A stretch of 64,000 nt of DNA from an uncultured archaeon. Lineage in GTDB: Archaea > Altiarchaeota > Altiarchaeia > JAFGQM01. Under the pieces are notes generated by a model. That model was not told the origin of the DNA and searched no databases. It saw only the letters and a list, made by a program, of their open reading frames with translations. The stretch lies in NCBI GenBank assembly GCA_964391885.1, contig CAYMNU010000075.1:338-64337 (forward strand). Reading direction: 5' to 3'. Shown here in pieces: positions 20,039-29,802 of this stretch. The translations under genes and the position numbers were made by a program. Every line of letters starts with the position of its first letter. Positions within the stretch are counted from its first letter, which is position 1.

Positions 20039-20545
20039 TTACATTCCCCCTCCTTCTTCAATCCATCCTTCTTCTTCGGCATACCACCCTTCAGGGTTTT
20101 TGATATAATCATATGCCTTTTCAATGAGCTCATAATGAGCCTCTTCTTGTTCCATCAGGAACTTAAAGAATTTCTTGGCTTTTTCGTCATGAGCCTTTTC
20201 TAGTTGCTCTTTGTAGAAACGATAAGCATTTTTCTCGAACTCTAAACCTGCTTCATGAGCCTCTATATCACTATCGCTCAATTCAGTTTTTTCTTCAAGA
20301 CCGCCAATTATCTCCCTAAACTTTTTCTTGACCTCAGGGAGCATATCACCCTTTAACTGGACGTCAGGGCTGTGCCGGTCTATGAATTCTTCCACTTCCC
20401 TGATATGGTTTATCTCTTCCTTCGCCAGATATTCAAATGTTCTCTTAACCACCTGATTCTCTGTTTTCGCCGCAGCTTCAGTATATATACCGTAGCCCTT
20501 CTTCTCGAAATCCAATGCCGTTTTCAAAGCCTCTTCGATTTCCAT
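20039..20545 (-). CDS. Ferritin/rubrerythrin-like diiron protein
   Basis: Two E..H motifs (EEINH, EEAH) with AL.FEK repeats. Confidence 0.85.
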   Translation of the reverse strand: MEIEEALKTALDFEKKGYGIYTEAAAKTENQVVKRTFEYLAKEEINHIREVEEFIDRHSPDVQLKGDMLPEVKKKFREIIGGLEEKTELSDSDIEAHEAGLEFEKNAYRFYKEQLEKAHDEKAKKFFKFLMEQEEAHYELIEKAYDYIKNPEGWYAEEEGWIEEGGGM

Positions 20546-20556
20546 TTTTACAGTAA

Positions 20557-20609
20557 TACAGCATATAATGCTGTAAAAACTCGCTTCAGCGAAGCTGAAG
20601 CGGTGTTTT
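20557..20609. repeat. Tandem perfect triloop hairpins in a 64-bp intergenic gap
   Basis: TACAGCAT-ATA-ATGCTGTA (20557-75) and CGCTTCAGC-GAA-GCTGAAGCG (20582-602). Confidence 0.7.
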
Positions 20610-20876
20610 CTACCTCTTTACAAAAAGCCCGCACCAACACCTGCCTTGCGATTTCCATGTGGAATGCGTCTTGAACTTGCAGGGGCAAATGAGCTCCATA
20701 TCCCTTTCCTTCGTGCCGTCGCGGAGCCTGCATGGGCAAAGCCCCAAACCATATTTCTCGCGGTTAAGGAGGACTCCCTCGGCTACCTTTTCAACTAGTC
20801 CTGAGTCTGGGTTCAGCTTGAAATCCTTCCCTTCAGTGAATCTACCCCAAGCTTTGATTAAATTCTCTTTATCCAT
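20610..20876 (-). CDS. Ferredoxin-thioredoxin reductase catalytic subunit-like protein
   Basis: CPCR...ICPC...CWCGLF. Confidence 0.9.
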   Translation of the reverse strand: MDKENLIKAWGRFTEGKDFKLNPDSGLVEKVAEGVLLNREKYGLGLCPCRLRDGTKERDMELICPCKFKTHSTWKSQGRCWCGLFVKR

Positions 20877-21454
20877 TACTCACACTTTTCTATGAAATAC
20901 GCTTTTGGATGGTCGCACGACGGGCATTTTTCGGGCGCTTCCTTGCCTTCATACACATACCCGCACTTCAGGCAAACCCAGAAGGTTTTTTCCTCCCGCT
21001 TGAACATGGTGCCCCCTTCCACCCTCGCGCGCAGATTTTTGTAATGCTCTTCATGGTGTTCTTCTGCCTTTGCAATAGCCCTTAGCCTGGCTGCAATATC
21101 AGGGAAACCCTCGGCCTCGGCAACCTTCGCGAAATCAGGATACATAGTTGTGTTCTCGTAATGTTCGCCTTCAATAGCCGCCTTTAAGTTGTCTGCAGTA
21201 GTTCCCATAACCGTGGGCACCTCCGCCTCCACTTTGAGGTCATCGAGGTTCTCGCCGCTCTTATCCTTCAACTTGTTTATTAACTTGAAGAGCCATTTGG
21301 CATGCTCGCGCTCGTTCTCTGCAGTTTCCAGGAAAACCTTTGAAATCTCCTCATAACCTTCTTTCTTCGCTATTTTGGCGTAGATGGTATACCTGTTCCT
21401 TGCCTGGCTCTCGCCTACAAAGGCAGCCGCCAGGTTTTTGATTGTTTCGTTCAT
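20876..21454 (-). CDS. rbr: Rubrerythrin
   Basis: [27 protein letters not shown]...CP.C. Confidence 0.95.
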   Translation of the reverse strand: MNETIKNLAAAFVGESQARNRYTIYAKIAKKEGYEEISKVFLETAENEREHAKWLFKLINKLKDKSGENLDDLKVEAEVPTVMGTTADNLKAAIEGEHYENTTMYPDFAKVAEAEGFPDIAARLRAIAKAEEHHEEHYKNLRARVEGGTMFKREEKTFWVCLKCGYVYEGKEAPEKCPSCDHPKAYFIEKCE

Positions 21455-22638
21455 TTTATTTTATTTAGAGTTAATTTGTGCTTCTCGGATATCGCGCCTG
21501 CAAGGGCATCCAGGCTCTTCATATCTTCTTCTTTCGGATATCCCCTTACCATAACTGGCTCTAGCAGCTCGACTTTCAATGAAGGCAGCATTCCCTTAAT
21601 CTGCTCGGCTGCATTGCTCCCCCAGCCATATGAGCCGATGATTGCCGCAAATCTGGTTTTCGGCCTGATAGCGTTTGCAAGGTATGTAGCATAAACCGCG
21701 GAAGGATGCGCTCCGCTCAGAACTGTGGGTGTGGCTATGACTACCGTGGCGGCATCGACAAGCGCCATGGCCAGTTCACCTATATCGGAAACCACAAGAT
21801 TGAAGGGTTTCACCGAGACCCCTCTCTTAGTCAGTGCATCCACAAAGCGCCCGACCATAGCTTCAGTACTTCCGTGCATTGAGACATAAGCGATGACCAC
21901 TTCATTTTTGACATCATCCGAAGTCCAGCTCTTGTAAGCATTTATTATGAACTCGGGCTTGCTGTAGACTGGCCCGTGGCTGGGGGCTATCAGGCTTATG
22001 TCTAATTGCCCGATTCTTTCCAGATGCTTTTTAATCATCGCCCTGAAGGGCATCATAATCTCTGCGTAGTACCTCTTCGCGCCTTGGAGCAGTTTCTCAT
22101 CACCATCTGCAAACAAATCGCTTGTAGCTAGATGCGAGCCGAATAGGTCACAGGGGAAGAGTATTTTATCCTCTTTCAGATATGTCAATATAGTTTCAGG
22201 CCAGTGGACCCAGGGCGCAAATATGAACTGCAGGGTTTTGCCGCCCAGCGCAATCTCATCTCCGTCTTTCACTACCTGGAAGTTGCCTTCCTGAAGGGGC
22301 AGCAGATCCATTAGGAATTCCTTACACTTCTCGCTGCACACTATTTTTGCGCCCGGGTGCTCGTTTAGAACCTGGGGCAGCAAGCCCGAGTGGTCCTGCT
22401 CTGCGTGGTTGGCTACGATATAATCCAGCTTCACGCCAGTTTCTCTCAGGTTTTCCAGGAACTCCCTTTCCTTGCTTGGGTCGGCAGTGTCTATAAGGGC
22501 AGTCTTATCCTTACCTTGAACCACATACGCATTGTAACTGGTCCCCTCGGGCAGGGGTATAAGGCTGTCAAAGAGCCTTCTATCCCAGTCTTGAGCCCCA
22601 ACTGCCAATACATCCCCCACCAACTCTCTTGCTGCCAT
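21451..22638 (-). CDS. fprA: Flavodiiron protein (FprA family O2/NO reductase)
   Basis: [25 protein letters not shown], flavodoxin SMHGST / GSYGW. Confidence 0.95.
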   Translation of the reverse strand: MAARELVGDVLAVGAQDWDRRLFDSLIPLPEGTSYNAYVVQGKDKTALIDTADPSKEREFLENLRETGVKLDYIVANHAEQDHSGLLPQVLNEHPGAKIVCSEKCKEFLMDLLPLQEGNFQVVKDGDEIALGGKTLQFIFAPWVHWPETILTYLKEDKILFPCDLFGSHLATSDLFADGDEKLLQGAKRYYAEIMMPFRAMIKKHLERIGQLDISLIAPSHGPVYSKPEFIINAYKSWTSDDVKNEVVIAYVSMHGSTEAMVGRFVDALTKRGVSVKPFNLVVSDIGELAMALVDAATVVIATPTVLSGAHPSAVYATYLANAIRPKTRFAAIIGSYGWGSNAAEQIKGMLPSLKVELLEPVMVRGYPKEEDMKSLDALAGAISEKHKLTLNKIK

Positions 22639-22651
22639 AATTTTCTAAACC

Positions 22652-23134
22652 CTAATCTCTTTTAAGCTGTCCTTGCACCATGAAAAGCTTGTCTTCGCCG
22701 GCCATTTCACACATCTTGAGTATGCCGTCAAAGGTAGCTTCTTCCTCAACCTGCTCGCTGACGTACCACTGCAAGAAGTTCTCTGTAGCAAGGTCGCCCT
22801 CTTTTCTGGCCTGCCTCACAAGATCATGTATGTTCTTAGTTATGAACTTCTCGTGGTTTAGGGCGGCCTCTATCATGGCGATGCCCGACTTGTAATCGCT
22901 ATTGGGCTTTGGCAAGGCCTGGACTTCAGGCTTCGCACCCGCTTCCAGCGAATACTTGATGAACTTCATCGCATGCTCCTCTTCTTCCCTAGCTTGCTTA
23001 TACATGAAGTCCGCGAAGCCGCCAAGACCCATACCCTCAAACTCTATGGCCATAGCCAAATAGATATTAGCGGATTCCATCTCCCTTCCTATCTGCGCGT
23101 CTATAGACGCTCCCATTTCCTTACTTAAGCCCAT
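22652..23134 (-). CDS. ftnA: Ferritin (non-heme)
   Basis: E..S...YLAM, EEEEHA, HE..IT, FLQWYV.EQVEEE. Confidence 0.92.
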   Translation of the reverse strand: MGLSKEMGASIDAQIGREMESANIYLAMAIEFEGMGLGGFADFMYKQAREEEEHAMKFIKYSLEAGAKPEVQALPKPNSDYKSGIAMIEAALNHEKFITKNIHDLVRQARKEGDLATENFLQWYVSEQVEEEATFDGILKMCEMAGEDKLFMVQGQLKRD

Positions 23135-23156
23135 TTTCTTATTCAGCTAGATTCTC

Positions 23157-23315
23157 CTAAACTTTCTCGAACTGGTCTTTCCCTACTCCGCAGACTGGGC
23201 AAACCCAACTGTCTGGTATGTCCTTAAAATCCGTTCCTGGAGCTACCCCTGAATCTGGGTCGCCCTTCTCAGGGTCGTATACATATCCGCACACCTTGCA
23301 TTTGTATTGGTCCAT
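23157..23315 (-). CDS. Rubredoxin (52 aa; absent from the ORF track)
   Basis: Manual translation [52 protein letters not shown]. Confidence 0.97.
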   Translation of the reverse strand: MDQYKCKVCGYVYDPEKGDPDSGVAPGTDFKDIPDSWVCPVCGVGKDQFEKV

Positions 23316-23400
23316 TTTTGTTTAGAATGCGATAGGGACTGCTTAAAGGCATAACCCCTGCTAATATTCAGACTCCGCTATAAAAAAGGCAATTTTAAGC

Positions 23401-23961
23401 TTAAACAGCACAGGAAACCACGCGCCTCGCAATCCCGGCTTTGAGGACCCCAAACGCCACTATGCCCCCTACAAGAGCGGTCAGAAGCTGCATGAACCCC
23501 ATGCTCGCCAGGAAGGCCTCCGGCAGGAGCGAGAGTGAGAAGAGAGCGAATGCTGAAATGAAAAGGAAGCCGGATTTTGCCACTGCGGCAGCACCCAAGG
23601 TTATCCCATAGTTAAATTTTTTCTTTGAATATAACTCCCTTACAATGAGGACAAGAATCGCGTTGCCCGCCCAGATGAAGGGCAGCATGACCGCCAAAAA
23701 CGGAGTGAATGGCCCGAATATGATTCCCCTGGCCAAGACTGCAAGGCTCGGCGCGAAGAGCAGGGGCAGGACGAGCTTACCTGATTTTAGTTGTATCGCC
23801 CCCAATATAAGCGAAGCATTGACTATTACGCCCACAAGCTCCTGCGGGTGGCCCAATGAAAAGGGAACCAGAAAAGCGATTGCAAAGTATGCGTAGAATC
23901 GCACAAGCTCGTGCGAGCAAGCAAGGAGGTATTTTTCCAGTGTCTGATTAGAGTTTATCAT
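23401..23961 (-). CDS. Multi-pass membrane protein (ECF S-component-like) downstream of the hydrogenase
   Basis: Q..VG.IVNA.L, PFIW.GN.I.V, QL.TAL.GG; about 6 TMs. Confidence 0.7.
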   Translation of the reverse strand: MINSNQTLEKYLLACSHELVRFYAYFAIAFLVPFSLGHPQELVGVIVNASLILGAIQLKSGKLVLPLLFAPSLAVLARGIIFGPFTPFLAVMLPFIWAGNAILVLIVRELYSKKKFNYGITLGAAAVAKSGFLFISAFALFSLSLLPEAFLASMGFMQLLTALVGGIVAFGVLKAGIARRVVSCAV

Positions 23962-24012
23962 CTTGATTAGTTATTGCATTATTCCCTTCACATCAATATA
24001 TCCGCATTATAT

Positions 24013-25089
24013 CTATCCGAACATTACATTAAAATCTTTCACGTGCAGGACTTCCTTGGACTTTTTTCCAAAGGGTTTGCCGATGTAGTCTTTGTATAGT
24101 TGTTTTATGAGGGGATTCTCGTGCGCGCCTTTTATGACTGCGTTGTCGTCGTAATGTGTCAGCGCGCGTATTCGCTTGCTTATGAACTCTGCTTGCCCTG
24201 GATTCGGCATCCCCGGCCCGCCGACGCATCCGCCGGAACAGAACATCATCTCGACCATGTGGAAATCCCTGTATTTCCCGTCCAGGAATCCCTTGCAGAA
24301 CTCGTGTATGCCTTTTGCACCCTCAACCATACCCACCTTGAGCTCGGAATCACCACATTTCAATATCTTCTCGCGTATGCCCTCGCCGATTATCTTCTCC
24401 TCATAGAGGTGCTCCCTTGCATCGCAGCCGCCGCCGTACATGGCGGTGAATGTCCTGAGTGTCGCTTCCATGACCCCCCCCGTCGAAGCGTATATAGTGC
24501 CTGCGGAAGAAGTCATCCCTAACGGGGCATCAAAGAAGCCGTCCTTCAGGTTTGCGAAATCTATCCCCTCGCTCTTTATCCAGTTCACCAGCTCCATAGC
24601 AGTAAGGACAAGATCTGTCTGACCCTTCCTTACTTCCATCTTTTTTGCAAAGCAGGGCATCACAGCCGTCACGGTTATGTCGCCGAAGTTCCTCTCATGG
24701 GTGAGGTAGTCCTTAGCAAACGAGCTGACCATCTCCATGGGGCTCTTGCATGTGGAAAGGTAAGGTATGATGTCTGGATACATCTTCACGCAGATGCCCG
24801 CCCACGAAGGGCAGCAGGAGGTCATCATTGGCAGTAGGTGATTTTTCTCCAGCCGCTCTTTCAGCTCGGCGGATTCTTCCATGACCCTTAATTCAGCGCC
24901 GAAATCCGTCTCAAAGACACGCTTGAATCCAAGCATGTGTAGCGCAGCCACAAGCTTCCCCTCTACATTCTGCCCCGGCTCCATCCCAAATGCTTCCCCC
25001 AATGCAACTCGCAATGAAGGCGCAGTCTGTATGCACGCGAACTTGCCGTCTATTAGCTCCTTTGCCTTTTCTATCTCACTAGCCACCAT
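24013..25089 (-). CDS. hydA: Minimal monomeric [FeFe]-hydrogenase (group A-type H-domain, no F-clusters)
   Basis: QTAPSLR, L1 TSCCPSW, L2 MPCFAKKME, GGVMEA.LRT, L3 EMMFCSGGCVGGPG, fused small-subunit tail HENP.I..LY. Confidence 0.92.
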   Translation of the reverse strand: MVASEIEKAKELIDGKFACIQTAPSLRVALGEAFGMEPGQNVEGKLVAALHMLGFKRVFETDFGAELRVMEESAELKERLEKNHLLPMMTSCCPSWAGICVKMYPDIIPYLSTCKSPMEMVSSFAKDYLTHERNFGDITVTAVMPCFAKKMEVRKGQTDLVLTAMELVNWIKSEGIDFANLKDGFFDAPLGMTSSAGTIYASTGGVMEATLRTFTAMYGGGCDAREHLYEEKIIGEGIREKILKCGDSELKVGMVEGAKGIHEFCKGFLDGKYRDFHMVEMMFCSGGCVGGPGMPNPGQAEFISKRIRALTHYDDNAVIKGAHENPLIKQLYKDYIGKPFGKKSKEVLHVKDFNVMFG

Positions 25090-25176
25090 CTTCTCTCTAG
25101 TGTAAATTTTTGTTTTGTTTTTAATAAACATAGTTGCGAATAGGCAAGTAAGACAGGCAAATTAGCTTGGTCTGGA

Positions 25177-25788
25177 ATGGAAAAACTCGAAAAGCGCATA
25201 ATAGGGCTTAAAGCAGGGAATGCAGGCGAGACTGTTAGGCGCAGGCTTGAGGAGTTCAGGGAAAACAGCGAATCCCCCGAGCGCATATTCTCAGAGCTCT
25301 GCTTCTGCATTTGCACTGCAAACAACAGCGCAGAACGGGGAATTCGAGCCCAGAAGGAAATCGATTTTTGTTCGCTGCCGGAAGTGGAGCTGCGCAAGAA
25401 GATGAAGGAGGTCGTATGCAGGTTTTATAACACAAAGACCTTGTGCATATTAGAGGCGCGAGCGAAAAGGGAGGAAATCCTTGCGGCTTTGTCACTGCCG
25501 AGCAGCGAAGCCCGCGACTGGCTGGTGAAACGGGTCAAAGGCCTCGGATACAAGGAGGCCAGCCACTTCTTGAGAAACATAGGGCGCGAAGATCTTGCCA
25601 TAATCGATTTTCACATACTAGACATACTCTCTGAAAACGGTTTGATTGTTCGCCCGAAGTCGCTTACTCCGAGAGAATACATTAGAATTGAAGGCGTGCT
25701 TCGCACTATAGCATTGGAAACCGGGATGAGCCTTGCAGAGCTGGATTTGTATCTCTGGTACATGGAAACCGGCAAAATCCTGAAATAA
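25177..25788 (+). CDS. ogg: 8-oxoguanine DNA glycosylase/lyase (OGG2 type)
   Basis: ELCFCICTAN, RF...K, KGLGYKEASHFLRN.G, AIIDFH, LDLYLWY. Confidence 0.93.
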   Translation: MEKLEKRIIGLKAGNAGETVRRRLEEFRENSESPERIFSELCFCICTANNSAERGIRAQKEIDFCSLPEVELRKKMKEVVCRFYNTKTLCILEARAKREEILAALSLPSSEARDWLVKRVKGLGYKEASHFLRNIGREDLAIIDFHILDILSENGLIVRPKSLTPREYIRIEGVLRTIALETGMSLAELDLYLWYMETGKILK

Positions 25789-25836
25789 GATATTTATTGG
25801 CGTAACCTTTAATACAATCAAATAAGCATCTAATAA

Positions 25837-27129
25837 ATGACTCGCTGCGACAAGTGCGGGGCGGAAGCCGCCGAAGGATTGATTCTTTGCCCGAGCTGCG
25901 GGCATAAATTGCCCGACCCCAATCCTCAAAAAATCGTCCCTGAAAAACAATATCGCGAAGCTCCAGAAGTCATAGACAGGCCCAAAGCCATTCCTACTCA
26001 ATCCATGGCTGCTACAAAACCGGACATTGGTGGGCAACATCCAGACAAAAAGGCGATTGAGAAACTTCCAGAAGAACCGAAACTTCCAGAAGAACAAAAG
26101 CCAATCGCAGCAAAGGAGAGCGATAAGAAGAAGGTGGATATGGCCCAGATACTCGATGGGGCATCTAAGCTTGATAAGTCCATTTCGCCGTCTACGCCTT
26201 ATATCAAAAAGCCGAAATCCCCTACCTTTTTGATAATTGCACTGATAGTGATATTTGGGGCTGCCATAGCAGTTATTTTAATGATGAATATCGACCAAAT
26301 TGCATGTCATCCGGATTGGGCTTGCGGCTCATGGCAGGGCTGTCGTGAGGGGGTTGAGATTAGAACATGCCTCGACAAGAATGAGTGCAATGTCAATACA
26401 GGCAGACCAGAGACTCGAAGGGAGTGCGACGATTGGACTCCTGTTAATACCACAGGCAATGAAACTTCCAATGACACTATTCCCACCTGCTCTGGCTTTG
26501 GCGATGTTTGCGGAGTTGAAGAAGACTGTTGCGAAGGCTTTTGCTTGCACGGCAGATGCTGGCCCAGCGACCCTTATTGCGGGGACGGGTATTGCGACCC
26601 TGGCGAAAACTGCATCACTTGTGAATATGATTGTGGCGCCTGCCCGACTCTGAGAGAGCTGGGTCAGAATGTTTATACCGAGCCGCTCTCATACACTGCC
26701 GAACAGGAGCTAAAGGAAGAGGGATATGTACTTATAAGTTACTTTTATTACGATTCGTGCAGCCCCTGCTTCTATCCTGTGCACATAGAAAACGAGCTCA
26801 GGGACCTGGCTGCCTCCATGAAAGACCTGGCCGTATTCCAATTCATAAATACTATACGGCAGAAGACATATGCCGATTTCAAGGGGAAGATACTGGGAAG
26901 GGTTTATACGCCTTCCATAATCATAGAAGGCGGCTCGAAGCCGGGCAATGACCCACTCTACTCCGGTTCGCTCAGCGATCTTGTGAATTCAGGGGATTTG
27001 GCCGATAAGATAAAAGAGATGATCTGCGAGCGGTCGGAGTATTGTAGATGGGATGAGAGAATTACGAGGACTTATGAACCTGCGCCCCTTATTGAAAATA
27101 TCGAACAAGTAGTTAATTCCAGTGTCTAA
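25837..27129 (+). CDS. Zn-ribbon / Pro-rich / TM / Cys-rich ectodomain protein with C-terminal thioredoxin-like CxxC
   Basis: C..CG...CP.CG, single TM, CGDGYCDPGENC..C..DC repeat, CSPC. Confidence 0.75.
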   Translation: MTRCDKCGAEAAEGLILCPSCGHKLPDPNPQKIVPEKQYREAPEVIDRPKAIPTQSMAATKPDIGGQHPDKKAIEKLPEEPKLPEEQKPIAAKESDKKKVDMAQILDGASKLDKSISPSTPYIKKPKSPTFLIIALIVIFGAAIAVILMMNIDQIACHPDWACGSWQGCREGVEIRTCLDKNECNVNTGRPETRRECDDWTPVNTTGNETSNDTIPTCSGFGDVCGVEEDCCEGFCLHGRCWPSDPYCGDGYCDPGENCITCEYDCGACPTLRELGQNVYTEPLSYTAEQELKEEGYVLISYFYYDSCSPCFYPVHIENELRDLAASMKDLAVFQFINTIRQKTYADFKGKILGRVYTPSIIIEGGSKPGNDPLYSGSLSDLVNSGDLADKIKEMICERSEYCRWDERITRTYEPAPLIENIEQVVNSSV

Positions 27130-27252
27130 ATACATCTTTAGAAAATATCTAAAAACCCACTATGTATCCTCAATTTCAAACAGAAATGAAAACCGAATTA
27201 ATCCGGCGATTAAGCGACTTTTAATATCCCTCAATCTAATCTCAGATTCAGA

Positions 27253-28263
27253 ATGAAAATCCAAGGCAAGAACTACCGCAGCGTGTGGATGGAAGGCTCC
27301 AGGGTAACCATGGTTGACCAGCCCAGGCTCCCCCACGAGTTTGCGCTTTTCCGCTGCAATGACTACGAAGATACTGCGCAGGCGATAAAAGACATGGTTA
27401 TTCGGGGGGCTCCGGCCATAGGCGCAGCGGCCTGCTACGGCATGGCGCAAGGTGCGCTGGCCGGAGAGCTCGATGAGGCTGAGGCAGTCTTGTCAAAATC
27501 CCGCCCAACTGCATACGACCTTTTCGATGCGATAAAATACTTCAAGAAGAATTACACGAACAGCTCAGATCCTGTATCCATCGCGGACGCATATGCTGAC
27601 GAGTCGGCTGATCGTTGCCGCAAAATAGGCGAGATCGGAGACGAGCTAATCAAGGACGGCGCTCGCATCTTGACGCACTGCAACGCAGGCGCTCTGGCCT
27701 GTGTGGACTACGGAACCGCATTAGCCCCGATGAGGGTTGCAAAAGAGAAGGGCAAAAAGATATTCATCTGGGTGGACGAGACAAGGCCGCGCTGTCAGGG
27801 GGCAAGGCTCACCGCATGGGAGCTTATGCAGGAGGGCATAGACTATGCGCTTATTGCAGACAATTCCGCCGGTTATTATATGCAGAGAGGCGAAGTAGAT
27901 CTTTGCATTGTAGGCACAGATAGGGTCGCCCTGAACGGTGACATAGCCAACAAGATAGGTACCTATGAAAAAGCAGTAGTCGCGCATGAGAACGGCATAC
28001 CCCTCTACATAGCCGCACCCTTTTCGACGATCGATTTCTCCTGCCCTTCAGGCAGTGACATTCCCATAGAGGAAAGGGATGCAGAGGAAGTCACACACAT
28101 GTGGGGCTGGAACGGCCATAGAATAGAAAAAGTTCGTGTCGCCCCGGAAGGCGCGAAAGCTCGAAACCCAGCCTTTGATGTTACTCCTGCCAAATACATC
28201 ACAGGCATCATAACTGAAAAGGGCATATTCAAGCCCGATGAGATAAGGGGCATGAAGCCTTAA
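27253..28263 (+). CDS. mtnA: Methylthioribose-1-phosphate isomerase
   Basis: DQ..LP, IRGAPAIG, RPTA, LTHCNAGALA, DETRP..QGARLTAWEL, NKIGTY, NPAFDVTP. Confidence 0.95.
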   Translation: MKIQGKNYRSVWMEGSRVTMVDQPRLPHEFALFRCNDYEDTAQAIKDMVIRGAPAIGAAACYGMAQGALAGELDEAEAVLSKSRPTAYDLFDAIKYFKKNYTNSSDPVSIADAYADESADRCRKIGEIGDELIKDGARILTHCNAGALACVDYGTALAPMRVAKEKGKKIFIWVDETRPRCQGARLTAWELMQEGIDYALIADNSAGYYMQRGEVDLCIVGTDRVALNGDIANKIGTYEKAVVAHENGIPLYIAAPFSTIDFSCPSGSDIPIEERDAEEVTHMWGWNGHRIEKVRVAPEGAKARNPAFDVTPAKYITGIITEKGIFKPDEIRGMKP

Positions 28264-28314
28264 GGCAAAAAGTTAACTTTTTCTATTTTTATTAATATTT
28301 CTTCTAATTAGTGT

Positions 28315-28563
28315 ATGGAATACGTCACAAGCGTGAAGCAGATAGGCGGCTCAGCATACCTTTTACTCCCTCCAAAATTCACAAGGTCGCATAATCTTGA
28401 CAGCGGGCGCAAGATGGTCCTAAGGGAATCTGGAGACGTGATAGTGATGGAGAAAAAGAGGCAGCAACTGGACAAGGTGTCCAGAGGTTTCCTGAACCTG
28501 AATCTGGATCTTGGTGGAATGGAAGTGACTCGGGAGGAAATATATGAGACTGATAGATACTAA
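28315..28563 (+). CDS. AbrB/MazE-type antitoxin (VapB)
   Basis: V.QIGGS..L.LP AbrB fold; ends TREEIY; overlaps the PIN gene. Confidence 0.8.
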   Translation: MEYVTSVKQIGGSAYLLLPPKFTRSHNLDSGRKMVLRESGDVIVMEKKRQQLDKVSRGFLNLNLDLGGMEVTREEIYETDRY

Positions 28564-28975
28564 CATTCTAGTCCACTCTGCGGATAAAAAATCCCCTAAG
28601 CAGGAACGGGCAAAGGTGGTGTTGTCCTATTATATGGGTACTGGTGAGGCTTATGTAGTGTTGCAATCGGTAATTGAGATGTACTCAGCTTTGACTAAAT
28701 GCGTTGATGTCAATACTGCTCGGGATGCTGCGAACATGGTTTTAAACGCGAGCGGATTTAAAAAGATCCAAGCAGACTCGGAAGCTGTTTCAGAAGCCCT
28801 TGACATCGCAGCACATAAGAATTTAAGGCGCTCCGATGTTTTTGACGCACTATTGGTCGCAACAGCTAAGAGAAACGGAATCTTCAAAGTGCTAACTGAA
28901 AACCCGAAGCACTTTGAGGGCTTTGGTATTGAAGTCGAAACCCTTGAGACTGCCACACTCTCCGAAGACTTCTAA
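28544..28975 (+). CDS. PIN-domain toxin (VapC family)
   Basis: IDTNILV, E, FDALLVATA, TEN..HF. Confidence 0.9.
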   Translation: MRLIDTNILVHSADKKSPKQERAKVVLSYYMGTGEAYVVLQSVIEMYSALTKCVDVNTARDAANMVLNASGFKKIQADSEAVSEALDIAAHKNLRRSDVFDALLVATAKRNGIFKVLTENPKHFEGFGIEVETLETATLSEDF

Positions 28976-29010
28976 AAGTAGGTTTTAATGTCTCGAACCT
29001 AAAAATTATT

Positions 29011-29802
29011 ATGGCAAAGATAGGCATCTTCGGCGGTTCGGGACTTTATTCTCTTTTTGACAAGCCGGAAAACCGAGATCACGGCACGATGTACGGCGAG
29101 CCCAGCGGATTAGTATCAATCGGTGAAATCAGCGGCAAAAAAACTTTTTTCATGCCACGGCATGGCGAGAAGCATGGGTTGCCCCCCCACAAGATACCCT
29201 ATAAGGCTAACATACAAGCGTTCAAGGATTTAGGCGCGGAAAGAATAGTCGCTCCATGCGCATGCGGCTCGCTCCAGCCAGAAGTCAAGCCTGGCGACTT
29301 CGTTATTGCAGACCAGATCGTTGACAGGACCCGCGGCCGTGATGATACGTTCTTCCACGGGCCTGAGGTTGCCCACGTCTCGCTTGCGGAGCCTTATTGC
29401 CCGGAGATGCGCAAGATAGCTATCGAGGCTTGCGAAAAATTGGGAATCCCGTATCACCCAAAAGGTACTGTAGTTGTTATCAACGGGCCCCGATTCTCTA
29501 CAAAAGCAGAATCCAAGTGGTTCTCCAGCAACGGATGGGAGGTAATCAACATGACCCAGTATCCTGAATGCGCCCTTGCAAAGGAGCGTGAGATGTGCTA
29601 TCTGGGGATTGCATTGATTACTGATTATGACGTAGGCTTAGAAGGGAACCCCGAGGTAAAACCGGTGACTGCAGCAGAAGTGAGAAAAATCTTCTCAAAG
29701 AACAATGAGAAAGTGAAAAAGCTGATTACTGAGATTGTCAAGAACTTGCCCGAAAAAAGAAGCTGCAGCTGCGGGAACTCGATGGAAAACGCAATGCTCT
29801 AA
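29011..29802 (+). CDS. mtnP: 5'-methylthioadenosine phosphorylase
   Basis: GGSGLY, PRHG..H..PP, GSL, GPRFST.AES, NMT..PE..LA.E, TDYD. Confidence 0.95.
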   Translation: MAKIGIFGGSGLYSLFDKPENRDHGTMYGEPSGLVSIGEISGKKTFFMPRHGEKHGLPPHKIPYKANIQAFKDLGAERIVAPCACGSLQPEVKPGDFVIADQIVDRTRGRDDTFFHGPEVAHVSLAEPYCPEMRKIAIEACEKLGIPYHPKGTVVVINGPRFSTKAESKWFSSNGWEVINMTQYPECALAKEREMCYLGIALITDYDVGLEGNPEVKPVTAAEVRKIFSKNNEKVKKLITEIVKNLPEKRSCSCGNSMENAML

